Below the pieces are notes generated by a model. That model made no database searches, was not told the origin of the DNA, and was given only the letters and a program-made list of their open reading frames with translations. The position numbers and the translations under genes are program-made. 64,000 nt of DNA, taken from positions 1,879 to 65,878 of the forward strand of contig JAJRQD010000109.1 in the NCBI GenBank assembly GCA_024280435.1, written 5' to 3'. The DNA comes from an archaeon. GTDB taxonomy: Archaea; Asgardarchaeota; Heimdallarchaeia; Heimdallarchaeales; Kariarchaeaceae. This document shows positions 40,278 through 48,580 of this stretch, piece after piece (position 1 is the stretch's first letter; each line of letters opens with the position of its first letter).

Positions 40278-40868
40278 ATGCGTTTAAACAAAAATTACCA
40301 CCAATATATTAAAGATACAGTTTACATGTTAACATGGTTGTCTAAAGTTTCAAATAAAACAAAAATTGTGTTAATTGGCGATTCGAGGGTGGGAAAAACA
40401 TCTCTTAGACGGCAGTATATGGGTGATTCGTTCAGAGGTACGTATAGTGCCACTATGGGGGCAGAATTCAGTGTCAAGAAATTAAAAGATAATATCATAA
40501 CAATCTATGATCTTGCAGGAGATCCAAAATCCAAAATATTCCGAATGCAGTATTATCCGGGTACTCAGGGAGTATTAATGGTTTTTGATGTTAATTCTAG
40601 GAATTCATTTGAAAATATACGTGTTTGGATTGACGAGATCAGAGAAAATATCAAATCTCAGCTTGTCATATTTATTCTTGGTAATAAAATAGATCTTTTT
40701 GATAATTCATTGGATCCAGTAACCGAGGTTGAGGCGTATAAACTGAGCAAAGAGCTCGAAGAAGAATTGGGGTGCTCTGTATCCTATTTATCTACCTCTG
40801 CCTTAACAGGTCATAATGTAGATGTTGCGTTTTCTAAAATACTTGCTGAGATCCAATTCAGATATTAA
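40278..40868 (+). CDS. Ras-like small GTPase lacking the catalytic Gln (G3 = DLAGD)
   Basis: The G motifs are G1 GDSRVGKT, G2 TMGAEF, G3 YDLAGDP, G4 GNKID and G5 STSAL. An alternative start is the ATG at 40326. Confidence 0.85.
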   Translation: MRLNKNYHQYIKDTVYMLTWLSKVSNKTKIVLIGDSRVGKTSLRRQYMGDSFRGTYSATMGAEFSVKKLKDNIITIYDLAGDPKSKIFRMQYYPGTQGVLMVFDVNSRNSFENIRVWIDEIRENIKSQLVIFILGNKIDLFDNSLDPVTEVEAYKLSKELEEELGCSVSYLSTSALTGHNVDVAFSKILAEIQFRY

Positions 40869-40958
40869 ATACATTTATTAATAAAAAATATTAAAAAATA
40901 ATGCAATAAAAAATTTACAGCTATTATCTTTATTAATTGAAAGGTATAAAAGATTAAT

Positions 40959-41576
40959 ATGGAGATTTCTGAATTAAGGGGGTTATTAATTGGCTCAAAA
41001 GCAACCGGAAAGACCACTTTCATAAGACGTTTATCTAGAACTAAAAAGAGTGAGTATGGTTTGACTATGAAATCAACAGATTACAATATTGAATTACAGA
41101 TTCCAAAAAGAGATGGAAGTGTAGTTTCAGTATCGGTAATAATCTCAGATACTCCTGGACAGAGGGATTTTGCATATCAATCTTTCTCAGATGGTATAAA
41201 AACTGATTTTATTGTGATGTTCTATGAGACAAATACACTGGATACTTTTAATCAGTTATCAATTTGGCTTGCTGATATTAAAAATCTAGGTATAATAAAA
41301 AATCGTAAATTACCAATATTCTTTGTAGGTAATAAAATTGATCTCAAGGATGATAGAATGATTTCAGATCAGTATATAGAGGCATTTTTGGATAGTTTCA
41401 AAAAAAGATACAATTGGGATGCACCGGTACAGCATTATTTTATCTCTGCAATTGATTCCAGCACTTTAGATATACTAACAGTACTAAGAAGGATGTTTGT
41501 GATAACTTATAAGCATATGAAGGCATTTAATATTCAACCAACACAGGAAATTTATAGATTAGGAGGATTTACATGA
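40959..41576 (+). CDS. Divergent small GTPase (Roc/Arf-like G3)
   Basis: The G motifs are G1 GSKATGKT, G3 DTPGQ, G4 GNKID and a G5-like ISAID. Its stop overlaps the LRR gene start (ATGA). Confidence 0.75.
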   Translation: MEISELRGLLIGSKATGKTTFIRRLSRTKKSEYGLTMKSTDYNIELQIPKRDGSVVSVSVIISDTPGQRDFAYQSFSDGIKTDFIVMFYETNTLDTFNQLSIWLADIKNLGIIKNRKLPIFFVGNKIDLKDDRMISDQYIEAFLDSFKKRYNWDAPVQHYFISAIDSSTLDILTVLRRMFVITYKHMKAFNIQPTQEIYRLGGFT

Positions 41577-42379
41577 ATTTAGATAATTTGGATCCAGAGA
41601 CTGTGTCAATAATTAAAAAAGAGATACATGGAATGACTTATCTTAATCTTGGAGGGTATAAACTTGATAAGATACCAGATTTTGTATTTGATATGGATAA
41701 TCTTGGTTATCTTGACTTATCCTACAACAATTTATCAGAGATAAATGAGATCCCATCTGATTTGATCTATCTATCAATCAGATACAATAATATCAAATAT
41801 TATGATTTTGCAAATAAAGGTTTGAAAAGAATTATTTTAGAGGGAAACAGAATAAATGAAGTACCACTGATCAATTCTGATAACTTACTTGCGATTAATT
41901 TATCATTTAACAAGCTGGAGCAGTTTCCAGAATTAAAAACTAAAAATCTAATTTTACTCAATTTACATGGAAATAGAATTTTTCATGTGCCAGATGATTT
42001 GTGTAGACTGAGTAATCTAGTCAAATTATATTTGGGTTTCAATAAAATAGAGAGATTACCGGATTGTTTTGGAGAACTTCAGGATCTCAAATTTTTCAGT
42101 ATTCAATCTAATAATTTACTTGAGATACCTGCGAGTACATTCAAGATATTCAGGCGAATACATTTTGATTTTTCAAATAATTATGAGTTGAGAACACCTT
42201 TGAATGATATTAATTCTATGTCTCTGGTGAATTACGGTGTGGAAGCACCTTCTATCAATGTATATTCAGATCCCAAGTTAAGAGAGAATACTAGAAAAAG
42301 ATCCTCTGACAATGTAGAGTTTCCATGGGAGAAGGAGATCGCAATCAAAGAAGAATTATACAGAAGAATCATGATCTAA
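41573..42379 (+). CDS. Leucine-rich-repeat protein, translationally coupled to the preceding GTPase
   Basis: There are about 8 LRRs, for example LGYLDLSYNNLSEI, LLAINLSFNKLEQFP and LVKLYLGFNKIERLPDCF. AGGAGG lies 6 nt upstream of the ATG. Confidence 0.85.
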   Translation: MNLDNLDPETVSIIKKEIHGMTYLNLGGYKLDKIPDFVFDMDNLGYLDLSYNNLSEINEIPSDLIYLSIRYNNIKYYDFANKGLKRIILEGNRINEVPLINSDNLLAINLSFNKLEQFPELKTKNLILLNLHGNRIFHVPDDLCRLSNLVKLYLGFNKIERLPDCFGELQDLKFFSIQSNNLLEIPASTFKIFRRIHFDFSNNYELRTPLNDINSMSLVNYGVEAPSINVYSDPKLRENTRKRSSDNVEFPWEKEIAIKEELYRRIMI

Positions 42380-42474
42380 CTATATGCAAATATTTACAAA
42401 TTAATTCAGATATGATTATAAGCATCCAAATATATTTTTATAAGCATATACCTAGTTTAGATATATAAAGTACT

Positions 42475-43311
42475 GTGATTACTATGTACGAGGAGATAAA
42501 AAATGAGATCAGAGCCACTGGATATACTGGTGAGCTGGATTCATATAACCGGATAGAATTGTTAGCAATTCTTGAATTTGGTGATCCACGTGCATTCAAG
42601 CAGATAGAGTACGATTTCTCAGAAGGACAGAATGTGAATTACTCACTTGGGACTATTGATAAATTCATCCGTACTCCCAAAGAACGAGCCACAATATCTA
42701 AATTCAAAAAAATTATGAATTATCTTGATAATTTACCCGAGAAATACTCAGCAGTGAAGAAGCATATAAGAAATTATGATATGGATAGATTGATTGTAGC
42801 ACTTGAAAACTACAGATCCACAACTATCCTCAGAGTACTAATTATTCTCGTCAAAGAAAGGGCCAATGAATTTGGTGTAAATTGTGATATAAATGAATTC
42901 AAGGAAATATACAGAATTACTCGTCTCAATGTGATAAATAGTAAGTCAATTCTGTTAAATGCAAATATCATCTCTAATATCAAAAAAGATACTCTGATGA
43001 TACAAGTTCAGAATATATTGTTGCAGTACAAAGAGGAACTAGGAGATGAATACATGCAAGTACTAAGTGTTTGCAAATCATTCAGAGATAAATTCCCTGA
43101 TGCAATCAAAGGCAAACTATCAGCAGTTGTGGTGACATTGCTATCTATCAAGTTGGTAACTGGTAAATCCAGTGTTGATCTGGCAAAAAGCTATTCTGAG
43201 AATTATAGACCAATATATCAGAAATTATACAGAGCAGAGAAACGAGATGTAAACTACAGAAATGAGTTATCAATTGTGAACAAAGATAATTCAATAAATT
43301 ATTTTGATTAG
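42475..43311 (+). CDS. Helical hypothetical protein (possible cyclin-box/TFIIB-core-like repeats)
   Basis: The 278-aa ORF contains KGKLSAVVVTLLSIKLVTGKSSVDLAKSY, which is reminiscent of the cyclin-fold helix pattern. Support for this is weak. Confidence 0.5.
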   Translation: MITMYEEIKNEIRATGYTGELDSYNRIELLAILEFGDPRAFKQIEYDFSEGQNVNYSLGTIDKFIRTPKERATISKFKKIMNYLDNLPEKYSAVKKHIRNYDMDRLIVALENYRSTTILRVLIILVKERANEFGVNCDINEFKEIYRITRLNVINSKSILLNANIISNIKKDTLMIQVQNILLQYKEELGDEYMQVLSVCKSFRDKFPDAIKGKLSAVVVTLLSIKLVTGKSSVDLAKSYSENYRPIYQKLYRAEKRDVNYRNELSIVNKDNSINYFD

Positions 43312-43397
43312 TAAAATTTATACAATTTATGGAGATATATTGGTAAAGTATATATTCAAAGGGCAGAATTACTGTTTGTCAGCAATGGTGAAATTAA

Positions 43398-44036
43398 TTG
43401 GAAACAGATAGTGATATTATTGATGGATTAATTCAATCCATATTACATCAAATGCCTAAGATTTCTGCACTAGCATTGGAATTTATAAACTCGGAGGATC
43501 TTGAGAGACTATCCAATATCTGTTTATTCAAAGACAGAACTGATATTATGAGATACACAGTTGCTTTGGTAATGAATCGAATGTATGAATTCGAGGTTGA
43601 GTATGAAGAAGAAGAATTTTTGATGTATTTTAATTTAATCAAAAGAGAAATATGGCAAATACAAGCTGAATTATTGCAAAAAATACCATCAACCGAGGTA
43701 GAGGGATGGAAGACAAGAAAGCTGATAAAAGAAGCCCATGATATGATCGATGAGATGACTGGAAAATTCATAGATAAAGATATGGTGGACATATTAAAAA
43801 AACAGATTGATTTGTTACCTGGAGATCATCCAAAGATATTTCAAAGAAGAAGAGGACAATCTATTGGATTACAACTTGTTTTCCTTGTATTGACAATTAT
43901 TGAGGGTAGTGAGGTAAAAGATGTATTGAAAAGATATGAGGAGATGTATGAAATGACAAGAGAGGATATTTATCCGTTGTATCAGAGTACTAAAAGAATT
44001 TACTATCGTATGCTTTATCTTGGAAAGAGAAATTAA
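43398..44036 (+). CDS. Helical hypothetical protein, similar in style to the preceding gene
   Basis: The 212-aa ORF contains RRRGQSIGLQLVFLVLTIIEGSEVKDVLKRY. It has a TTG start. Confidence 0.5.
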   Translation: METDSDIIDGLIQSILHQMPKISALALEFINSEDLERLSNICLFKDRTDIMRYTVALVMNRMYEFEVEYEEEEFLMYFNLIKREIWQIQAELLQKIPSTEVEGWKTRKLIKEAHDMIDEMTGKFIDKDMVDILKKQIDLLPGDHPKIFQRRRGQSIGLQLVFLVLTIIEGSEVKDVLKRYEEMYEMTREDIYPLYQSTKRIYYRMLYLGKRN

Positions 44037-44074
44037 AAATACTATTGGAATATCAACTGATAAATATGATTTTA

Positions 44075-44974
44075 TCAAAATTTGATGGTTACTGGACCAA
44101 TTGGAGTGAATGTGGTCATTCTCTTGGGTTTTATTCCAGAAGGAAATTCATAATTCTCTTCCCAGAGGTCTTCCTCTCTCTTTCTGTATATCTCCTCCTT
44201 CTCTCCTTTCTGATATGATTTTCCACCAACAAATCCATGCAGTGCAATATGTGATTTCAGTAATCCAAGTATGAGTATGATCATCTGATCATCACTCCAG
44301 TTCTCAGAGATAGATGCCTGTTGAATATATATGAAATTTGCCTTGCTAGCCTTTCCTGGAATACCTGCACCGGAATAATGTCCTTTGGTGAACCTGCCGA
44401 TGACAGTTATCTCAGGAAGCTCATCCATCTGCTGTTTGTGTTCACTTCCCCAGGTATCTGAATAGTTGGTGAGATAGTTCAAATGAAATCCATTACAGAT
44501 ACCCGTTGCATTCTCTGCTGCATTGATCAGTTTTGAAAGAGAGTATTTATCATGTACATCATGACCATAGTATGTCAATTTGATATTCTTTTTGTAAGCA
44601 GTTTTGATAAAATCTGCTCCAATCTGTTCCACCCCATCAAATATTGCCTTCATTCGATCCATTGTTTTGTAATTCCTAAGTGTGTGTATCAGAAATGTGG
44701 CACGTTTGCCACCCATCTTCTTGAGTATTGATGCAAATCTGAGTGAGAAAGTAGCACCCTCCATATATCCAGTAACCATATCATGTTTGGTACCTGTACG
44801 ATGTCCATCAAGTATCAGGTATGGTGACAGATATTTTAGCATTTCAAGATCATCCACAGACATATTCATGGTATCAAGTGATTGCAGTATAAAATTATAG
44901 ATTTCTTTTTCTTCTTTTTTAATTGGTTTTATTAAGGACATGCAATGTATAATTTCATGTTTGTTTATAAACAA
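44075..44974 (-). CDS. Hypothetical protein, possibly a divergent cis-prenyltransferase (UPP synthase-like) fold
   Basis: The motif order parallels UppS: LILDGHRTG (IMDGNGRWA), TFLIHTLRNYKTMDR (TLYAFSSENWNR), NIKLTYYGHD (NVRLRIIGD) and LNYLTNYSDTWG (LNIAANYGGRWD). The functional call is low confidence. Confidence 0.4.
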   Translation of the reverse strand: MFINKHEIIHCMSLIKPIKKEEKEIYNFILQSLDTMNMSVDDLEMLKYLSPYLILDGHRTGTKHDMVTGYMEGATFSLRFASILKKMGGKRATFLIHTLRNYKTMDRMKAIFDGVEQIGADFIKTAYKKNIKLTYYGHDVHDKYSLSKLINAAENATGICNGFHLNYLTNYSDTWGSEHKQQMDELPEITVIGRFTKGHYSGAGIPGKASKANFIYIQQASISENWSDDQMIILILGLLKSHIALHGFVGGKSYQKGEKEEIYRKREEDLWEENYEFPSGIKPKRMTTFTPIGPVTIKF

Positions 44975-45224
44975 AAATCATGATCTGATAATGCATGAGG
45001 ATAAATTCATACTGATGATAAAATAGCTGAATGATCTGAGGAGAGATCCGGAGATGATTATAAATTACACTGAGTGTCTGCTGCAATTCGATCGGGATAT
45101 GCTGATCGATGATATTGTCTCAATCAACAGAATAGTTATGTGAATATCTGTACTGTTAATCTACAGTTTCACAATTATATTTTTATAGTATCACTGTGGA
45201 TATTGTATTTGCGGATATTACATT

Positions 45225-46505
45225 ATGAGTACTGTGGAGGAACAATACAACAAATTACTGCTTGAGAGTAAGTTACTGCAGGAGAATAATCTGAATAGAT
45301 ATTTGGAGAGATATAAGGATAGTTTCATTGATAATCTTAATAAGGGAATTGTTGATCTATCAGATAGAAATTTGAGTATTATTCCCATGTCATTATTAGA
45401 GATGGATATCAGAGAACTTAATCTCAGGAATAATAACTTTGAGATATTACCGGATAGTTTTGGAAAATTTAAAAATCTTGAGAAACTGGATCTCGAAAAT
45501 AATCAACTCACCACCTTACCAGATAGTTTTGGACAACTGCAAGAACTCTGGAAACTAGATCTCGGTAGTAACCAATTCACCACATTACCGGATAGTATTG
45601 TAGAGTTAGAAAATCTAAAGAAACTATATCTCAATAATAATAAACTGAGTACATTACCAGATAGTATTGGACAACTGCAGAATCTTGAGAGACTATATCT
45701 CGATGATAATCAACTCACCACAATCCCGGACAGTATTGCACAACTGCAGAAACTTGAGAGACTAGATCTCTGGGGTAATCAACTCACCACATTACCGGAT
45801 AATATTACACAATTGAAAAATCTGGAATTGCTAGATCTCAGTAATAATCAACTCACCACAGTACCGGATAGTATTGGACAACTGCAAAAACTTAGAGAAC
45901 TATATCTCAGTAATAATCAACTCACCACAGTACCGGATAGTATTGTACAACTGCAAAATCTTAAGAACCTAAATCTAAAGAATAACCAATTCACCACATT
46001 ACCCGAAAGTATTGCACAACTACAGAAACTTGTGAGACTATATCTCAGTAATAATCAACTCACCACAATCCTGGACAGTATTTCACAATTGAAAAATCTG
46101 GAATTGCTAGATCTCGAGTATAATCAACTCACCACATTACCTGATAGTATTGTAGAGTTAGAAAATCTAAAGAAACTATATCTCAGTTATAATATACTGA
46201 CCACAATACTGGACAGTATTGGGCAATTGAAAAAACTTGAGATACTGCACCTTATTAGAAATCAATTAACATCATTACCGGATAGTTTTGGACAACTGCA
46301 AAATCTTGCAGAACTGAATCTAAGGGAAAATCAATTGACCACATTACCAGATAGTTTTGTAGAGTTAGAAAATCTTAGGGAATTAAATCTCGAGAATAAT
46401 CAACTGAGCTCAAGACCAGATTACATTGATGATTTGAATTATCTTGAGGAATTATATCTAGATGGTAATAAATTCTATACAGATAAATATTTACCTGATA
46501 TTTAA
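45225..46505 (+). CDS. Leucine-rich-repeat protein with about 16 consecutive 23-residue repeats
   Basis: The repeat consensus is LxxLxLxxNQLTTLPDSIGQLQN, the same type as Roco/SHOC2-like LRRs. Confidence 0.9.
   Translation: MSTVEEQYNKLLLESKLLQENNLNRYLERYKDSFIDNLNKGIVDLSDRNLSIIPMSLLEMDIRELNLRNNNFEILPDSFGKFKNLEKLDLENNQLTTLPDSFGQLQELWKLDLGSNQFTTLPDSIVELENLKKLYLNNNKLSTLPDSIGQLQNLERLYLDDNQLTTIPDSIAQLQKLERLDLWGNQLTTLPDNITQLKNLELLDLSNNQLTTVPDSIGQLQKLRELYLSNNQLTTVPDSIVQLQNLKNLNLKNNQFTTLPESIAQLQKLVRLYLSNNQLTTILDSISQLKNLELLDLEYNQLTTLPDSIVELENLKKLYLSYNILTTILDSIGQLKKLEILHLIRNQLTSLPDSFGQLQNLAELNLRENQLTTLPDSFVELENLRELNLENNQLSSRPDYIDDLNYLEELYLDGNKFYTDKYLPDI
45400..46440 (+). repeat. Array of 69-bp coding repeats (LRR units), some nearly identical
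   Basis: 45577-45633 and 46129-46185 differ at 1 of 57 nt. Confidence 0.85.
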
Positions 46506-46666
46506 GTTGTGAAATTATTTCACTAGTAATATCATTGAATTTATTTTAATACATACTCTGGACTACTTTATATTTATTGTACTATGAATTCAATCAATTT
46601 TACAATAGAATTATCATTTAACGATATAGATTTTTCTTTATAAGTAAACCTGTATATTACTACATT

Positions 46667-47005
46667 ATGATAGATACAATACGAAGAAATAATTTCCACC
46701 ATATTATTATGAATACAGATGGCTATGATATTAGTGAGCTTAGAAAATACCTTCGGGTATTAAGAGAGGAGGCACAACAAAATAATGTTCCAATCAGGAT
46801 TGTAGTTGATGATGATACAGAAAATCAGGATAGCATGTTATTCTGGTCCAAAACGTATATTCATTCTGAGATTGATGATTTGAAGCAAATGCAATGTGAT
46901 GGTGGTGTTGAATCCTATGAGATCAGAATAATCTCAGATCATAAGGAAACAATCTCAGAGATAAATTCAGATATTGATTATGATAAAATATACCTTTATC
47001 ATTGA
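46667..47005 (+). CDS. Hypothetical protein
   Basis: The 112-aa ORF has no recognisable motif. Confidence 0.4.
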   Translation: MIDTIRRNNFHHIIMNTDGYDISELRKYLRVLREEAQQNNVPIRIVVDDDTENQDSMLFWSKTYIHSEIDDLKQMQCDGGVESYEIRIISDHKETISEINSDIDYDKIYLYH

Positions 47006-47131
47006 ATATTTCCATCTAGTATACATAATTTCTGAAAAAATAAATTAGCAATCCGGGTTACTTTTATATCTATGACATATTGAAAATGCAGAATTATTCA
47101 TCCATGTTTGTTGAAATTGATTTTATTCGGA

Positions 47132-48280
47132 TTACAGATTTGAGTAACTCTCAAATTTCAATAGAATACTGTGAGATTCATTAATTTTATTATGTAGCTG
47201 TATCATCTTATCATTGATCATACTAAGAGAATTATTGATCTCATTAGAAGTGGCAGCCACCTCTTCACTTGATGCGGAGGTCTCTTCTGATAGGCTTGAA
47301 ATATCCTCGATAGCAATTCTGAAATCATTGAACATACCTTTGATAGTGATTGAAATCTCGTTGACAACATCTTTTATTCTGTTTGCAGCCTTGTTTGATT
47401 CATCTGATAATTTTCTTACATTCTCTGCAACAACTGCAAAGCCTCTTCCATAATCACCTGCACGTGAAGCCTCTATTCCTGCATTAAGTGCAAGTACATT
47501 TGTCTGGAAAGATATATCTCCAACTCTCTTGCTCTCCTCAGTGATCATTTTTATAATATCATCAAGGGTCTGTCCACTTGCATTGAATCTTTCTGATACT
47601 TGATTCAGCATATCAGATTGCTGTGAAGAGCCATTTGCCATACTAGTTGTGGTGGCAGATATCTCCTCAATACTTGCAGTAGCCTCTTCTGATCTTGCAG
47701 TTAATTCATCTGATGTACTTTTCACATTCAATGACATATTATACAACTCACCCAGTAGGTTCTGTACTGAGATGATCATCTCATTGAAAAAATTTGCAAT
47801 GTTACCCAAAACAGGGTCATTGATTATCTTGGAATTCTCTATCTTCTCAAATTCTCCATGCTTGAATTTAATAGAAACATGATTTATCTCATCTAAAAAT
47901 TCATCCATCACATGAAATGTGGCATAAAAACCCCCAAGCCAGACGATCAGAGATGGGAAAAATGTAGGTATCCACAGTTTTAAAGCATCTGATGTGATCA
48001 CAGGATTGTTTATTCCTGTATACTCATCTATTTTACCAAAAGTTAATGCAGAGATTGTGACATTTGTAATATGAAATGTTAATTTGAAACGAAAGTCATC
48101 AGTACCAATAGTTCTGTACATATATGCAAATATAACCACTGTTATTAGCCCTGTGGAGATAAAATGATTTATCCAATTATACAGATTAATTCCATAGAAT
48201 GATCCATTTATTGATGAACTGATGATAATGTAGATATAGAAAAATGGAGCAACTAGCTCCATGTAATTATACCATTTCAT
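47132..48280 (-). CDS. Methyl-accepting chemotaxis protein-like transducer
   Basis: It has four N-terminal TM helices. The conserved signalling hairpin is present: [37 protein letters not shown]. Confidence 0.85.
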   Translation of the reverse strand: MKWYNYMELVAPFFYIYIIISSSINGSFYGINLYNWINHFISTGLITVVIFAYMYRTIGTDDFRFKLTFHITNVTISALTFGKIDEYTGINNPVITSDALKLWIPTFFPSLIVWLGGFYATFHVMDEFLDEINHVSIKFKHGEFEKIENSKIINDPVLGNIANFFNEMIISVQNLLGELYNMSLNVKSTSDELTARSEEATASIEEISATTTSMANGSSQQSDMLNQVSERFNASGQTLDDIIKMITEESKRVGDISFQTNVLALNAGIEASRAGDYGRGFAVVAENVRKLSDESNKAANRIKDVVNEISITIKGMFNDFRIAIEDISSLSEETSASSEEVAATSNEINNSLSMINDKMIQLHNKINESHSILLKFESYSNL

Positions 48281-48580
48281 ATTTTAATAAATTATAACTG
48301 ATTTATTACTATTTTCATTTACTTGAATAATATAATTTCTTTATAGCGAATAAATTACTGAATATATTATTTGTTTATCTGTACGCTCTTCTATCAGAAT
48401 TTCATTGATATGTATTCCAAAAGATGTTTTCAAGAAACACCATTCAACCCGATTACTTTGATCATCTCCTTTGATCAGATAACGAATTATCATGGGTGAT
48501 CTCTGATCAGATACTGATATTCATAATTATTTATTAAAAGATACTATAAATTGCTATATTAATTTAGGGGTTGTTTGCAG

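Noticed and set aside
44975-45225. C/D-box sRNA candidate (CTGATGA ... CTGA ... TGATCT ... CTGA)
   Set aside because: The box spacing leaves a guide of only about 8 nt, the C' box is imperfect and there is no terminal stem. Such short motifs are expected by chance in AT-rich DNA.
48341-48493. 50-aa minus-strand ORF between the giant operon and the MCP gene
   Set aside because: It has no motif, no SD and no evidence of conservation, so it is not reported as a feature.
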